DNA from: Mobula hypostoma
Lineage: Eukaryota
Direction: 5' to 3'
DNA length: 64,000 nucleotides
Assembly (NCBI RefSeq): GCF_963921235.1
Contig: NC_086097.1
Location: 177,074,001 to 177,138,000, forward strand
A program made the position numbers and the translations under genes. Positions 50,541 through 64,000 of this stretch are shown here, piece after piece. Below the pieces are notes generated by a model that was given only the letters and a program-made list of their open reading frames with translations, searched no databases and was not told the DNA's origin. The number at the start of each line of letters is the position of its first letter. Position 1 is the stretch's first letter.

Positions 50541-50799
50541 GAAGGGAGGTAAAGATGTGTTTGGTGGTAGGATCCCTTTGGAGATGGCAGAAGATGCAGA
50601 GAATAATGTGTTGAATGTGAAGGCTCATGGTGTGGTAGGTATAGACATGAGGAACTCTACCTCTGGTCAGGCAGTGGGAAGATGGGGTGAGCACAGATGT
50701 CCAGAAAATGGACGGAGATGTGAGTGAAGGCAGCATCAATGGTAGAAAATACAAAAACCTGAAAGAACATATGAGGCTCAAGGGCAGTTTCTATCCTGC

Positions 50800-51340
50800 T
50801 TTTATATGAAACAGAATCAGGTACATTATCACCATCTTATATTCTGCATTTTGATATTCTGCAGCAGCAGTGGCGTGCAAAAACATAAAATTACTATAAT
50901 TTACCAAATAAATAAATAGTGTAATAAAAAGGAATAATGAGGCAGTGTTCAAGGACCATTCAGGAATCTGATGGCACAGGGGAAGCTGCTGCTTCTGAAC
51001 TGTTAAGTGTGCGCCTCCTCCCCAGTGGTAGTAATGAGAAGAGGGCATGCCCCAGCTGGAGAGGGTCCTTTGTGATGAATGCCACCTTCATGACACACCG
51101 CCTCTTGAAGATGTCCTTGATGCTGGAGAGGGCTGTGCCCATGACAAAGCTGGATAAGTCTATAACCTTCTGTGATCTTGTGCATAGGAGCTTCCATCCA
51201 GATTGTGATGTAACCAGTCAAATGTTCTCCACTGTACATGTATAGAAATTGGCAAGAGTCTTTGGTAATACTAAATGTCCTTGAATTCCTAATGAGGTAG
51301 AGCTGCTGGCATGCCTTCTTTGTGATTGCATCCATCAGGA
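50800..51340 (-). mobile_element. Rex1/Babar-type LINE 3' fragment
   Basis: MGTALSSIKDIFKRRCVMKVAFITKDP...ALFSLLPLGRR; ITKKACQQLYLIR. Confidence 0.8.
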
Positions 51341-52304
51341 AGACCATTGAACAATTCGCTAGTGCGATACTGTGGGCTCAAGACCTCATAATCTACCTCG
51401 ACTTGCAATTATTGCCTAACTGCACTGCAACTGGAACACTTGTTGAGTGTGGATCCTCAGGCAACAGTATCTCCTGTATCTACTGCCATCTTCTTTAGGC
51501 AGCAATATAGCTTCAATGGTGAAGAGGGGTGTGCCTGTGATGAGGCTACAACCCTCTGCGATCCTGTGCATTGGAGTTTCCATATCAGGCTGTGGTGTAA
51601 CCAGTCAGAATGTTCTCCATCATAAATGTATAGAAATCAGCAGGAGTCTTGGGTAACATATGAAATTTCCTTGAGTCATAATGAAATAGAGCTACTGGCA
51701 TGCCTTCTTCATGATTGCATCAATTTGATAGTGTCAATGGCAGGTGTTTTGGGGAGTATTTCAGAAGATGCAGGATCAGTTCATCCCAAAGAAGCAGCAT
51801 TCTAGAGGATAATGCAACAAAGGTAGTCACAGACAGCATAAGAGCAAACTAGAGGGCATACAACATTGCAAAAATTAATGGGAAGCTAAAGGATTGGGAA
51901 GATTTTAAAAACCAACATAAGTCAAGCAACAATCACTTTATTTGTTTCTATGACAATTCTAGATTAATGTGTGTTTCTTGATGACCTGCATGCACTTCAG
52001 CCCCTGTGCTGTTCCCATGAACCTTCAACTCCTGGGCTTCAGACAACCAGAATTTGAGAGATTGGTTTCTGCTTGATTCACAAACTCAGTGAAACACACA
52101 TAAAGAGGTAGAGACTCATTTACATCAATGGTAAATTCTTTAGAAGCTAAGACTGCAAGATGATTGTCTGTGTCGATGCCACATTTTTGAAAAGCAGACC
52201 TGCCACGTGACCATCCTCTTTAATGGAATCACACTAGAAGTACACCCTGTCACCAGGAGAACAGACCCTTCTGTTTACAGATGCACTGCAGACATGACCA
52301 TGGT

Positions 52305-53575
52305 CAGAATCAGAATCAGGTTTAATATCACTGGAATAGGTTGTGAAATTTATAGTTTTATGGCAGCAGTATATTGCAATACATATAAGAACCATAAATT
52401 ATAATATATTAAAAAAGAAAATTAAATTCATAAATAATGCAAAAAAAAGAGGAAAAATACTGCATTGTGTTCGTGAGTTCATTGCCCATTCAGAAATGTA
52501 ATGGCAGAGGAGAAGAAGAGGTTCCTGAAATGTTGAGTGTGTGTCTTCACCTTGATGGTAGCAGTGAGAAGTGGGCATGCCTTGTGTGATGGGGCTCCTT
52601 AATGATGGATGCCACCTTTCAGAGGCATCACCTTTTGAAGGAATCCTCAATGGTGGGATGGCTCGTGCCCATGATGAAGCTGGCAGAGTTTAAAACTTTC
52701 TGCAACTTATTACAATCCAGTGCAGTGACCCCTTCATACCAGATGGCAATGCAACCAGTCAGATGTTCTCCATGGTACATTTGCTGAAATTTGTGAGGGC
52801 CTTTGGTTACATACCAATTCTCCTCAAACTTTAATGAAATATCAACAGTGCTGTGCCTTCTTTGTTGGGCCCATGACAGATCCTCAGAGACATTGACATC
52901 CAGGAATCTAAAACTGCTCAGCCTTTCTACTTCAGATCCCTCAATGAGGACTGGTGTGAGCTCCCTCAACTTCAACTTCTTGAAGTCCACAATCAGTTCC
53001 TTGATCTTACTGAGGTTGCGTGTAAGGTTGTTGCTGTAACATCACTCAACCAGCTGATCTAATTTGCTCTTGTACGCCTCCTCATCACCGTCTGAAATTC
53101 TGCCAGAAAATTTGTAGACAGCTTTTGAGCCGTGCCTAGTCAGATTTCATGGGAGTAGAAAGAGTAGAGCTGTGGGCTAAGCATTCAGCCTTGAGGTGCA
53201 CCTGTGTTGATTGTGAACGAGGAGGAGATGTTATCTTCAATTTGCACTGATTGTGATCTCCCAGCGAGGAAGTCAAAGATCCTGTTGCAGAGGGAGGTAC
53301 AGAGGCCCAGATTGTGGAGCTTGATGATTAAAACTGAGGGTATGATTGTGTGGAACACTGAGCTGCGGTCAATAAACAGCAGCCTGACATGGGTATTTTT
53401 ATTGTGCAGGTGATCCAAGGCAGAGTAAGAGCCAGTGAGATTGCATCAGCTGTAGACCTATTGTGGCGATAGGCAAACTGCAGCGGGTCCAGAACCTTTT
53501 TTAGGCAGGTGTTGATTCTAGATATGACCTCCCAAAGTACTTCATCACCATAGGTGTAGGTGTAAGTGCCACTGG
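52305..53575 (-). mobile_element. Rex1/Babar-type LINE (RT to 3' UTR)
   Basis: [24 protein letters not shown]...LCNRIFDFL...[28 protein letters not shown]; (attctg)n tail at ~52305-52320. Confidence 0.88.
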
Positions 53576-53884
53576 GTGAAGTTTATCCTTCACTTTTCCA
53601 GGGCTGCCATACCATATAAAATTGATGGTGCTGGAGGCAATTCAGCCCACTGTGTTCTATGCTATCCCTTTCAGTATTCAGAATCAGATTTATTATCACT
53701 AACGTACGTCATGAAATTTGATGATATGCAGAAGCATCACAGCACAAAAACTTACTACAAGTTACAATAAGGAATATATAAAAATTAATCAAGTAATGCA
53801 AAAAGACAGCAAAATAGTGAGGTAGTGTTCATGGGTTCATGACGGAGGAGGAGAACATGTTCCTTAAACATTTAAAACTTAGAA

Positions 53885-54247
53885 GCATTTTCTTGTAGAA
53901 GTGTTTAAAATGATGAGAGACATAGATAAAGTGGTTGCTAACTGTCTTTTCCCCAGGATAGGGGAGGCCAAAACTATCGTGCATAGGTTAAGGGTGAGAA
54001 GGGAGAGGATTTTAAAAGGACCTGAGGGGCAACATTTTCACCCAGAGAGTGGTGAGAATATGGACTTGCTGCCATAGGAAGTGGTTGAGGAAGGTACAAC
54101 TATCATTTAAGAAGCACTTGGATAGGCACATGGAGGGGCAGGGTTTGGAGGGATTTGGACCAAATGCAGGAAATTGGGACAAGTCGGGTGGGCCCTGTGG
54201 TCAGCATGCACTGGCTGGGCCATAGGGCCTGTATTGCTCTCTGACTC
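53885..54247 (+). mobile_element. CR1 3' fragment
   Basis: EVFKMMRDIDKV and FTQRVVRIW remnants; ctctgactct tail. Confidence 0.75.
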
Positions 54248-55316
54248 TGGTCAACAAAGAGCCTCCCAGCCTAATCCTACCTTCCAGCGCCTGTTGAGTG
54301 GTCCTGCAGATCACTACACTACAAGTGATGGTGGTTTCTTAGATAGAGGCGTATGCAGATCAGGCACCAAGTTCCAGAACCTTTATCCTCTGGGTGAAAG
54401 AAAAATCTTCATCCTCCTCCCCCCAACCTTCCACCAATTAAATCTATGTCCTCTGGTATTTGACTACTCATTTAAAGGAAATAGGTCCTTCCTACTTATT
54501 CTATCCAAGGCGTTTATTACTCCCTCCTCCCCACTCCCATTGGGCAACAGAAACAAAAGACTGATAGCACTTACCACCAGGCCGAAGGTCATCTTCTCCC
54601 CTAATGTCGTAAGACTATTAAATAACACCCTAGTATAATAAGGTAGACTCTTGACTGCACAGCCTGCCTCATTATGATCTTACAGCTTATTGTTTCCTGC
54701 ATTGCACTTTGAGGTTGTTACACTTTATTCTGCATGCCTTTATTTACCTCAATGCACTGTGTAATGATCTGATCTATATGCAAGGCAAGCTTTTCACTGT
54801 ACCACAGTAACAATAATAAACCAGTTCCAATTCCAATTACGATACAGTGCACCTCAATTAACTATGGGCAATCAACCTACCAACCTGCACATCTTTGAGA
54901 TGTGCGAGAAAACCAAAGTACCTGGAGGAAAGTATACAAATCCACAGGGAACAGTGATGCAGCTGGTCAAACTATTGACTCATATCTCCAGAAGCCCAGG
55001 TTCTACTCTGACCTCAGGTGCTGTCTGTGTGCAGTTTGCATGTTCTCCCTGTGACTGTGTGACTCTGGCTTCCTCCAGTACCCAAAAGAAGTGCAATTAG
55101 GTAGGTTAATTGCCCCTAGTGTGTAGGTGAGGGGTAGAATCTGAAAGGGAAGATGGGAATGAGTGGTAAACAAAATGGGATCAGTGTGAATGGATTATTG
55201 GTGCTCAATATTCCTGTTACTGTACAATCATGTTTGATGCATGATTCTAATTAGTCTTCGCTCCGTTTCCTTTGTTTTAATAAAAGCACATGTTTATCCA
55301 TGTTTTACTCAAGACT

Positions 55317-55612
55317 AGTGGGCACATGGCCAAGTGGTTAAGGCATTGGACTAGTGACCTGAAGGTTGAGAGTTCGAGCCCCAGCCGAGGCAACATGTTG
55401 TGTCCTTGAGCAAGGCACTTAATCACACATTGCTCTGCGACAACACTGGTGCCAAGCTGTATGGGTCCTAATGCCCTTCCCTTGGACAACATTGGTGTCA
55501 TGGAAAGAGGAGACTTGCAGCATGGGCAACTGCTGGTCTTCCATACAACCTTGCCCAGGCCTGAACCCTGGAGAGTGAAGACTTTCCAGGCGCAGATCCA
55601 TGGTCTCGCAAG
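55317..55612 (+). mobile_element. tRNA-derived SINE with a CORE-like domain
   Basis: A box tggccaagtgg (55327-55337), B box gttcgagcc (55372-55380), gtgtccttgagcaaggcacttaatc core; flanks actcaagact (55307-55316) and actcaaaact (55613-55622). Confidence 0.85.
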
Positions 55613-58600
55613 ACTCAAAACTGAATCTTTCTAGTCTTAGCAAATTTTATAATACTTCCTGCTTTAAAAGAAATCTTGCTTTTGGAAACCTGGAACTATT
55701 TGACAATGAATACTTCTAAACCAGGCAAAAACTCAAACCTTCCTGTGACTTGAGTGAACACTGACCAGCAATTAAAATCTCCCAATTCAGAATTGCATAT
55801 GTTCTCCTGATATAAATGCAAGTTGGTCACTCGACTGAAAATTTGACTCTACCTTATGGAACATTCTTCGCCAGCAGGGATAACCATTCAGATTGATTCT
55901 ACTTTAGATGAGGCAGCAATCATGAGAGACAGATAGGATATTTCATCAATTAAAGCTCTGTCCCAGGAGTCTGCAACAGACAAAAGGGATTTGGCCAAAT
56001 TAAAAATAAGTAATCAGTCATGTCCTTGACCTCCACTGCTGTGCGCACAAAAGCAAATCCACAGTCTTCAACATAAATGGCAAACATTTTGTTGTCTGCA
56101 TGAGGTGGAACAGTATTGATAAATCATTTGACTTCAACCCAAAAGGTATCTCAAACTCTATCCCATCACTCAAAATGGCACTGGTGTGTCTGCCCTGTAG
56201 ATGTTTCCTGCATTCAATATTGCAATGAATTAGGAAATTATGCAAGGTGTTCTATAACATTGAAAATTCAGAATACTGTTAAGACACAAAAGGAGGCAAT
56301 TCTGCCCATCAAATCTATGCTAGCTTCTTGACAAATAAGTGAAAATAAACAAATATTTACTGCAGTTGCTAGAGATGAAATAAAAACAGAAATGAACCCA
56401 CTATAGTATCTTAAATGGTTAAGGAGGTTCTATTCATCAATAAACATTAATAAACTTCTACAGATGTACTCTTGAATGTATCCTGATTGGTTGGATTATG
56501 GTCTGAAACAACAATTAAAGTGCATTAAGAATGACAGAAGCTGCAGAGAGTAATGGACTTTTTCCAATACATCATGGAAGCATCTGAACCCTCTATTGGT
56601 AGTATCTACCAAAGGCAACATCCATCATCACAGATCCCCACCATCTTCCTGCAGCTACCATCGGGCAAGGAGGTACAGAAGCCTGAAGGCAGCTATCACC
56701 TGGTTCAAGAACAGCTAATTCCTTTCAACCATTAGGTTCTTGAACCAACTGGCACAACTCTAATCATTACCCAATATAGCAACACAATGAACACTTTGAT
56801 TATTTTGCACTGACGTGGGTTTTTGTTTTAGTGGTGTTGCTTTTTATAAAAATATTATATATAATATGTTTAATTTATGTTGCTTGTGAATGCAGCCTAT
56901 CTGATACAATGTGCCTGTGATGTTACTGTGTTTTTGATTGCACCTGTGCATACAAATACTTGTGCAGATGACTCAACTTTGACTTGTTGAAAATGCTCAG
57001 CAGGGCAGGACAAGACTGTGGGAAGAGAATCAGCATCAAGGTTTCAGGTTGAAACTCACTCTTCAGAGCTGAGAAGGAGACAAAAGAAGCTTGCTGAGCT
57101 CTGGGGAAAGAGGAAGAGGGGATGTCTGAGATGATAAAATCAGTGTGGCCATGAGGATAACCTGTAGGAAAGGCTATCTGGTCAATGAGTGCACAGGAGA
57201 AATTAGAAGGAGACAGCATGGACAAAAGAATGCAGAAGTTGTGAAAAGCAGAGCATGGGGATCTGCCTGGCAGGTCAGGTTGGGAACATTCGCTCCCAAA
57301 GAGAAGGAAAAAACAAGGAAACCGAGTCAATGTCACCAATGGATGTCTGATACAGACAGAGAAACATTTGAGTTGCTGGAGCCTGGAGCTTATGTTAACT
57401 ATAAACAGTTGCTTGTGAATCAGTCCATGTGAGGTTTATACGATGTAGGAGAATACTTAAGGAAAAATTTGGGAAAGAAAACAGAGGGCATGAAATGACC
57501 TTGGCAAGCATGATTGTGGAGAACATGAACACAGGAGACTGCAAATGCCGGAATCTGGGGCAGCAAAATCTGCTTAAGCCACTCAGCAAGTCTGTCAGCA
57601 TCTGTGGGAGGGAAGGAATTTTTGATGTTTCAGGTCAAAAACCTGCATTAGGTGATCCTCCAGCAAGATGATGCCCCAGAGAAATAGAATTACAGCTTAG
57701 CCCATAGTCATGCTGGTTTTATCCTATCAGAGACAAACACTCACTTGCAATTTATTAAGTTTTGTTTGTCTCTGGTTACTCACGCCTCCTCTATTTGTTT
57801 CCAATGACCTGCTTCCCACTTCTCCCTTTTTACCCCTGATCCACAAAGGTTATTTCACACACCCATCTTTCAACCAACTCCCACTTTCACCTTGGCCACT
57901 TTACCCAGTTTCTCTTTCCCTCCTCCCATGTGTTTCCATCGCCTATCACCAGCAAGCTCAAACCACTTGCTCACCCTTTCCCTCACGTCTCCTCCTGCCC
58001 ACATTGTTCCCATCCGCTCACTGTTCCTCCCTCACCTCTGGGTTTTTTTTGGCATTGCCTCAGTGTTCTTTTAAATGAAATTCTCTTTGGATGGGATGCA
58101 AAACAAAGATTCATAGAGAATGTGCCAATCTACAAGAGGCAATGCCTCAAGAAGGCAACACCTATCATCAAAGATACCCACCATCCAGCCAATGACATCA
58201 CTGTTACCATTTGGCAGGAGATTACAGAAGCCTGAATTGAAGTTCCACACTACCAGGTTCAAAAACAGCTGCTTCCCTTCAACCATTTGGTTCTTAAAGC
58301 GATGAGTAAAACCTTGACTGCTTTAACCACTGTTTATTTGTTCCAATTGTGTTCTTATAAAAACTATGTGTTTAATTTATGTTTTTTCTTGTGAATGCCA
58401 CATAAAATGCTACATGACCATTATGTTGCTGTAACATTTTCACTGCACCTTTGCATACATGTACTTGTGCATATGACAATATACTCACCTTTGACCTTAA
58501 CAATAACCATTTACATACTGTAGGTCTCGGTCCAAAATGTCAACTTTTCCCATAAATGCTGCCTGACCTGCTGAGTTCCGCCAGCATTTATTGTATTACT

Positions 58601-59289
58601 CCGGATTTTCAGCTTTTGCAGAATCACTTGCATTTATGAAATGTAACACTTAGCAAGGTTCCGTAATTGGATTCTGGAATTAATGAGGTAAATAGACAAG
58701 AACGAGTTGAACTTCCAGCATATGCTTGAGTGCCAAATTTGCTCTGTAAATCCAAGTTGAAATCATGATTAATTCAACCAAGAATATTTTCACAATATTA
58801 ACACAAGTCAGAGCTATGCTTTGGAGATTCTGTCTCTGGGCACAAAACAAACAGTTTTATTGCTTCTTAAATAAATACCAATTAATTTATAACTTGAAGG
58901 ATTTGGCAACTTTGGAGAGGTTGCAGAAGAGATTTACTAGGAAGCTTCATGGATTAAAGGGCATATATCATTAGGAGAGATTGGGCAAATTTTGGTTATT
59001 TTCTCTGCAGTGGCACAGAGGCTGATCGAAGACCCAGCAGAAGTTTATAAAATGAGAGACGTAGATAGAATATAGAGTAGATATCTGTTTTCAAGGGTCA
59101 AAACGTCTGATACCAGAGAAAATACATTTAACATGAGACAGAGGATGTTTAAAAGAGATGTGAGGGGAAAGTTTTTCATAGAGTTGTGGGTGGCTGGAAT
59201 GTGTTGCCGGGGTGAGAGGGCAGTGGTCAAGGCAAATACAATAGAGGCAATACAATCTGGCTACCTAGAAGTTCTTAAATAGGCATATA

Positions 59290-60065
59290 AATTATATCCT
59301 CAATATTAATCAACAAGCTCCTAATCTGGGCCTCTGTAGTTCCATCTGCTATTTGATCCTTAACTTCCTCATCAGGAGACCACAGTCAGTGCAAATTGGA
59401 AATAACATCTCTTCCTCACTAACAGTGATGGACCTCAGATGAGTGCTTAGCCCACTTCTCTACTCTGCACCCACAGCTGTGTGGCTAGGCATAGACCAAA
59501 CATCATCTATAAATTTGCCAATGACATAACAATAGTTGGCAGAATCTCAAAGTGTTCAGGAGGCGTACTCAATGAGCTGGTTGAGTGGTGCGGAAGCAAT
59601 AACCTTGCACTCAATGTCAATAAGACCAAAAAATGTATTGTGGACTTCAGGAAAGGGAAGATAAGGGAATACACCAGTCGTCATTGGGAGACCAGCAGTG
59701 GAAGGAATGAGCATTTTCAAGTTCCTAGGTGTCAAAATCTCTGAAGATTGATCCGGGGCCCAACACAATTACAAAGAAGGCACAAGAGCAGCTAGATTTG
59801 ACCAGGAGTTTGAGGAGACTTGATATCTCACCAAAAACACTCAGAAAATTCCTCAGGTGTACTGTGGAAAACATTCTAACGGTTGCATCACTGTCTAGTA
59901 TGGAAAGGCAACTATACAGGATCAGGAAAAACTACAGAAAGTTGCTGAATGAGCCAGCTCCATTATGGGAACTAGTCTCTAAAAAAATCAAAGATACCTC
60001 CAAAAGGCAATACCTTAAATAGGTGGCAACCATCACTAAGGACCCCATCAGCCAGGACATTCTGC
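59290..60065 (+). mobile_element. Rex1/Babar-type LINE RT relic
   Basis: IYKFANDITIVGRI...WCGSNNLALNVNKTKKCIVDFRK; RSLRRLDISPKTLRKFLRCTVENILT. Confidence 0.85.
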
Positions 60066-60242
60066 TGCTATATCTTACGGTCTCATGGTTTTATGGACAT
60101 GACTGTTTCTCATTGCTTCTTCCCCATCGCCATTAGATTCCAGAATGAACAGTGAGCCCATGTACTATATCTACACTACCTCACTACACATATTTTTCTA
60201 TCTCTCATGTTGCACTACTGTTTTAATTTTTTTTTATTATAC

Positions 60243-60490
60243 ACAATGGATTCCGGTTCATTGGGACGCATAATCAGGACCTGTATATTTTGGTCCAATT
60301 AAGCAGCTGCCCCAATTAGCCAAAGTTTCATTAAAATAGTTAAAAAGGTATAAAAAAGACAAACTATCATTTAACTGAGTAATAAATTATGTATTTAAAT
60401 GTAACACAGAACAATTCAGAATATTACCAATGCTATTACAGTACTATAAACTGTATTAATTCCTAATAGTTATAATAATTCCTAATAGTA
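60243..60490. mobile_element. Possible pogo/Tigger-like MITE fragment
   Basis: caatggattccggttcattgggac resembles a Tigger-type TIR end; AT-rich interior; no second TIR seen. Confidence 0.4.
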
Positions 60491-60494
60491 ATAG

Positions 60495-61350
60495 CAGCCA
60501 CAACAACAACATTTCACTCATAACAGTAAGACCAAGAAGCTGATTATTGACTTCAGGAGGAGGAAACCAGAGGTCCACAAGCCAGACCTCATCAGGGATC
60601 AGAGGTGGAATAAGTCTGCAACTTTAAATTCCTTGGAGTTATTTCAGAAGATCTGTCCAGGGTCCAGCACATGTGTTATTACAAAGGTGGTAAGGCAGCA
60701 TCAGCATGTCATCTAAAACTTTGACAAACTTCTATAGATGTGTGGTGAAGAATATATTGACTGGTGCAACACGGTCTGGTATGGAAACATCAATACCCTT
60801 GAATGGAAAATCCTACAAAAAGTAGTGGAAACAGCCCAGTCCATCACAGGTAAAGCCCTCCCCACCACTGAGCACATGCATACAGCGAGATGTTGCAGGA
60901 AAGCAGCATCCAATATCAAGGACCACCACCACCCACACCATGTTCTCTTCTCATTGCTGCCATCAGAAAGGTACAGGAGCTTCAGGACCCACCTGCTTCA
61001 GGAACAATTATTACCCCTCAACCAACAGACTCTTGAACCAGAGGATAACTTCACTCAACTTCGCTCACTCTGTCATTGAATTGTTCTCACTGAAGTGGAC
61101 TTGCTTTCAAGGACTCTGCATTTCATGTCCTCGATATTTATTTCTTATATTTTTTCTTCTTTTCCTTTTTATATGTGCAGTTTGGTCTTTTTTTGCACTT
61201 TGGTTATTGTCCATACTGTTGGTTGGGGTCTTTCATTGACTATTGTGTTTCTTGTATTTACTGATATTACCCGCAAGAAAATGACTCTTGGGGCAGTATA
61301 TGGTGACATACATATACTTTGATATAAATTTCCTTTGAGCTTTGAACTAA
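60495..61350 (+). mobile_element. Rex1/Babar-type LINE 3' part
   Basis: Same subfamily as 10012-11010: WYGNINTLEWKILQKVVETAQSITGKALPTTEH...LFSLLPS.RYRS. Confidence 0.85.
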
Positions 61351-61399
61351 ATAGATATCAATGGAGGAACACAACCAGTGTACACTGCAGTGTATGGAT

Positions 61400-63442
61400 T
61401 GTGAAGGGAGGGGTCACACCTCTGATGAAGGGGCTTGTAGTGTCCAATCTAGGGTAGTTCACTCTACTTTGGCCCCTACCGGACACAGCTTTCACCTGTG
61501 GCTCCGTCTGTTTGCATGCAACAGCGGCCACAGCCCAGTATACCACTTTGACAGCCGAGCTAAACCAGATGCGGGTAGCTGGCAGGCCTCATACCCTGTA
61601 CTTCAAAATAGGGACATGCCTGTACTACCACGTCAAGTCAGCTCCGGTGGACTGGGTGGATAAGATCAACAGTGAGATCCAACTGCAAAGGTGATTCTGT
61701 AACGTTCCATGGAGAGCAAGGAGCACGACAAGGAACAGAAGATGTCATGCTCTTTGCTTAGCCATGATCTTTCAGAAGTCGATAGATTCTGGCATGGTTC
61801 CGGAGGACTGGAAGATTGCAAATGGCACTCCGCTATTTAAGAAGGGGGCAAGGAAGCAAAAAGGAAATTATAGACCTGTTAGCTTGACATCGGTGGTTGG
61901 GAAGTTGTTGGAGTCGATTGTCAAGGATGAGGTTACAGAGTACTTGGAGGCATATGACAAGATAGGCAGAACTCAGCATGGTTTCCTTAAAGGAAAATCC
62001 TGCCTGACAAACCTATTGCAATTTTGAGGAAATTACAAGTAGGCTAGACAAGGGAGATGCAGTGGATGTTGTATATTTGGATTTTCAGAAGGCCTTTGAC
62101 AAGGTGCAGCACATGAGGCTGCTAAACAAGATAAGAGCCCATGGAGCTACGGGAAAGTTACATACGTGGATAGAGTGTTGGCTGATTGGCAGGAAACAGA
62201 GAGTGGGAATAAAGTGATCCTATTCTGGTTGGCTGCCAGTTACCAGTGGTGTTCCACAGGGGTCCATGTTAGGGCCGCTTCTTTTTACGTTGTACATCAA
62301 CGATTTGGATTATGGAATAGATGGCTTTGTGACTAAGTTTGCCGATGATACGAAGATAGGTGGAGGGGCCAGTAGTGCTGAGGAAACAGTCTGCAGAGAG
62401 ACTTGGATAGATTGGAAGAATGGGCAAAGAAGTGGCAAATGAAATAATGTTGGAAAGTGTATGGTTAGGCACTTTGGCAGAAGAAATAAACAGGCAGATT
62501 ATTATTTAAATGGGGAAAGAATTCAAAGTTCTGAGATGCAACGGGACTTGGGAGTCCTCGTACAGGATACCCTTAAGGTTAACCTCCAGGTTGAGTCGGT
62601 GGTGAAGAAGGCGAATGCAATGTTGGCATTCATTTCTAGAGGAATAGAGTATTGGAGCAGGGATGTGATGTTGAGGCTCTATAAGGTGCTGGTGAGACCT
62701 CACTTTGAGTACTGTGGGCAGTTTTGGTCTCCTTATTTAAGGAAGGATGTGCTGATGTTGGAGAGGGTACAGAGAAGATTCACTAGAATAATTCTGGGAA
62801 TGAGAGGGTTAACATATGAGGAGCGTTTGTCCGCTCTTGGACTGTATTCCTTGGAGTTTAGAAGAATGAGGGGAGACCTCATAGAAACATTTCAGATGTT
62901 GAAAGGCACGGACAGAGTGGATGTGGCAAAGTTGTTTCCCATGATGGGGGAGTCTAGTACGAGAGGGCATGACTTAAGGATTGAAGGGCACCCATTCAGA
63001 ACAGAGATGCGAATAAATTTTTTTAGCCAGAGGGTGGTGAATCTATGGAATTCGTTGCCACGGGCGGCAGTGGAGGCCAAGTCATTGGGTGTACTTAAGG
63101 CAGAGAATGATAGCTATCTGAGTAGACAGGGCATCAAAGGTTTATGGTGAGAAGGTGGGGGAGTGGGTCTAGATGAGAGAATGGATCAGCTCATGATAAA
63201 ATGGTGGAGCAGACTCGATGGGCCAAATGGCTGACTTCTGCTCCTTTGTCTTATGGTCTAAGATGTCACAGTTGTCTATGGAAACCCAGGAAGACCCTAG
63301 CTTGAGACAACTAAGCATACCACTGTACCCGGATGTCCAAGGTCGAGAGAGTGGAACTGTCCAAGTGCAACGGCTTTTCCACTTTAAAAATTCTCCCGCA
63401 GAGGGCTCACTGTCATTGTCAGATACGACAAACAACCAACAT
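61400..63442 (+). mobile_element. Third copy of the ~530-bp element, split by a CR1 insertion
   Basis: 61400-61747 and 63260-63442 join to match 43365-43895. Confidence 0.7.
61748..63259 (+). mobile_element. Relatively young 5'-truncated CR1 LINE (RT domain to tail)
   Basis: VPEDWKIAN.TPLFKKG...NYRPVSLTSVVGKLLE; LDFQKAFDKV; SGVPQGS; KFADDTK; 229-aa C-terminal ORF; 9-bp TSD aagatgtca (61739-61747, 63260-63268). Confidence 0.93.
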
Positions 63443-63689
63443 GCTGCCGTGTTCTTTTGACTGACTGTAAATGAACAAAATCAGTGCAGGCACCTAGTGC
63501 AGATAATAGACAGCCTTCATGCAATGCAATCAATGACTGCATCCTCCAAATCTTCATTTTCATTGTAACATTCAAGATCAATCAGAATCAGGTTAATATC
63601 ACTGGCATATGTCGTGAAATCTGTTAACTTTACGGCAGCAGTACCTGACATGCATGATAAATAAATATAGAGAAAAAACTCAATTTCAG

Positions 63690-63760
63690 TATATATACAT
63701 ACATATATACATACATACATATATACATACATACATACACACACACACATACACACACAC
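63690..63760. repeat. Compound (TA)/(TACA)/(CA) microsatellite inside a minus-strand Rex-type 3' UTR (63580-64000)
   Basis: Directly visible. Confidence 0.9.
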
Positions 63761-64000
63761 TACTTATTTAACTTAACTATTTAATATACACGTCTATTAA
63801 ATAGTTAAGTTAAAATAAGTAGCGCAAAAAAAAACAAATAAAAAAGTAGTGATGTACTGTTCACGAGCTCAATGTCCATTTGGAAAATGGATGGCAGAGG
63901 GGAAGAAGCTGGTCCTGAATCGCTGAGTGTGTGCCTTCAGACTTCTGTACATCCTTCTCAATAGTAACAATGAGAAGAGGGCATATCCTGGGTGGTGGGC

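Larger units (their letters stand above)
49440..50745 (-). mobile_element. Older Penelope-like element (RT C-terminal region, GIY-YIG, pseudo-LTR) with a nested young copy
   Basis: RVPHVYTYH...QHIILCIFCHLQRDPTTKHIF (minus strand, 50542-50700); IQGPKQSFQVRQHSTC; MNIDFS. Confidence 0.85.

Noticed and set aside
55320..55390. tRNA gene
   Set aside because: Imperfect acceptor stem, and it continues into a SINE body with a target duplication; it is a SINE head.
61420..61450. ctgatgaagggg as a hammerhead core
   Set aside because: No downstream GAAA, and the sister copies read ctggtg at this position.
1..64000. CRISPR arrays, prokaryotic operons, rRNA genes
   Set aside because: No regularly spaced repeat-spacer array, dense coding structure or rRNA-like sequence seen; the content is that of a vertebrate repeat-rich region.

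Overview
Repeat-saturated vertebrate genomic DNA with no intact host gene that I can recognise. The mix of CR1, Rex1/Babar, Penelope-like and RTE-like elements with V- and CORE-type SINEs suggests a cartilaginous fish, probably a ray (inference). Nearly all ORFs in the track are decayed transposon fragments or antisense noise. Main contents: (1) a full-length but decayed Tf1/sushi-type chromoviral Gypsy provirus (562-6078) with both LTRs, a 5-bp TSD, a PPT and an apparent self-priming site instead of a tRNA PBS; a short I/Nimb-like LINE 3' end sits in its 3' LTR. (2) Many CR1 and Rex1/Babar LINE fragments, often nested. (3) Tc1, mariner and pogo-like DNA transposon relics. (4) RTE-related non-autonomous elements, one showing a twin-priming-type inversion. 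(5) A young Penelope-like (GIY-YIG) family whose pseudo-LTRs carry minimal hammerhead ribozymes, including a 166-bp-arm palindromic insertion and a ~100-bp insertion that begins almost exactly at the predicted ribozyme cleavage site. A few unique-looking islands hold candidate splice-bounded exons and homeodomain-type motifs, which I cannot assign to a gene. Boundaries of old repeats are approximate, and family names come from motif recognition rather than a database search.
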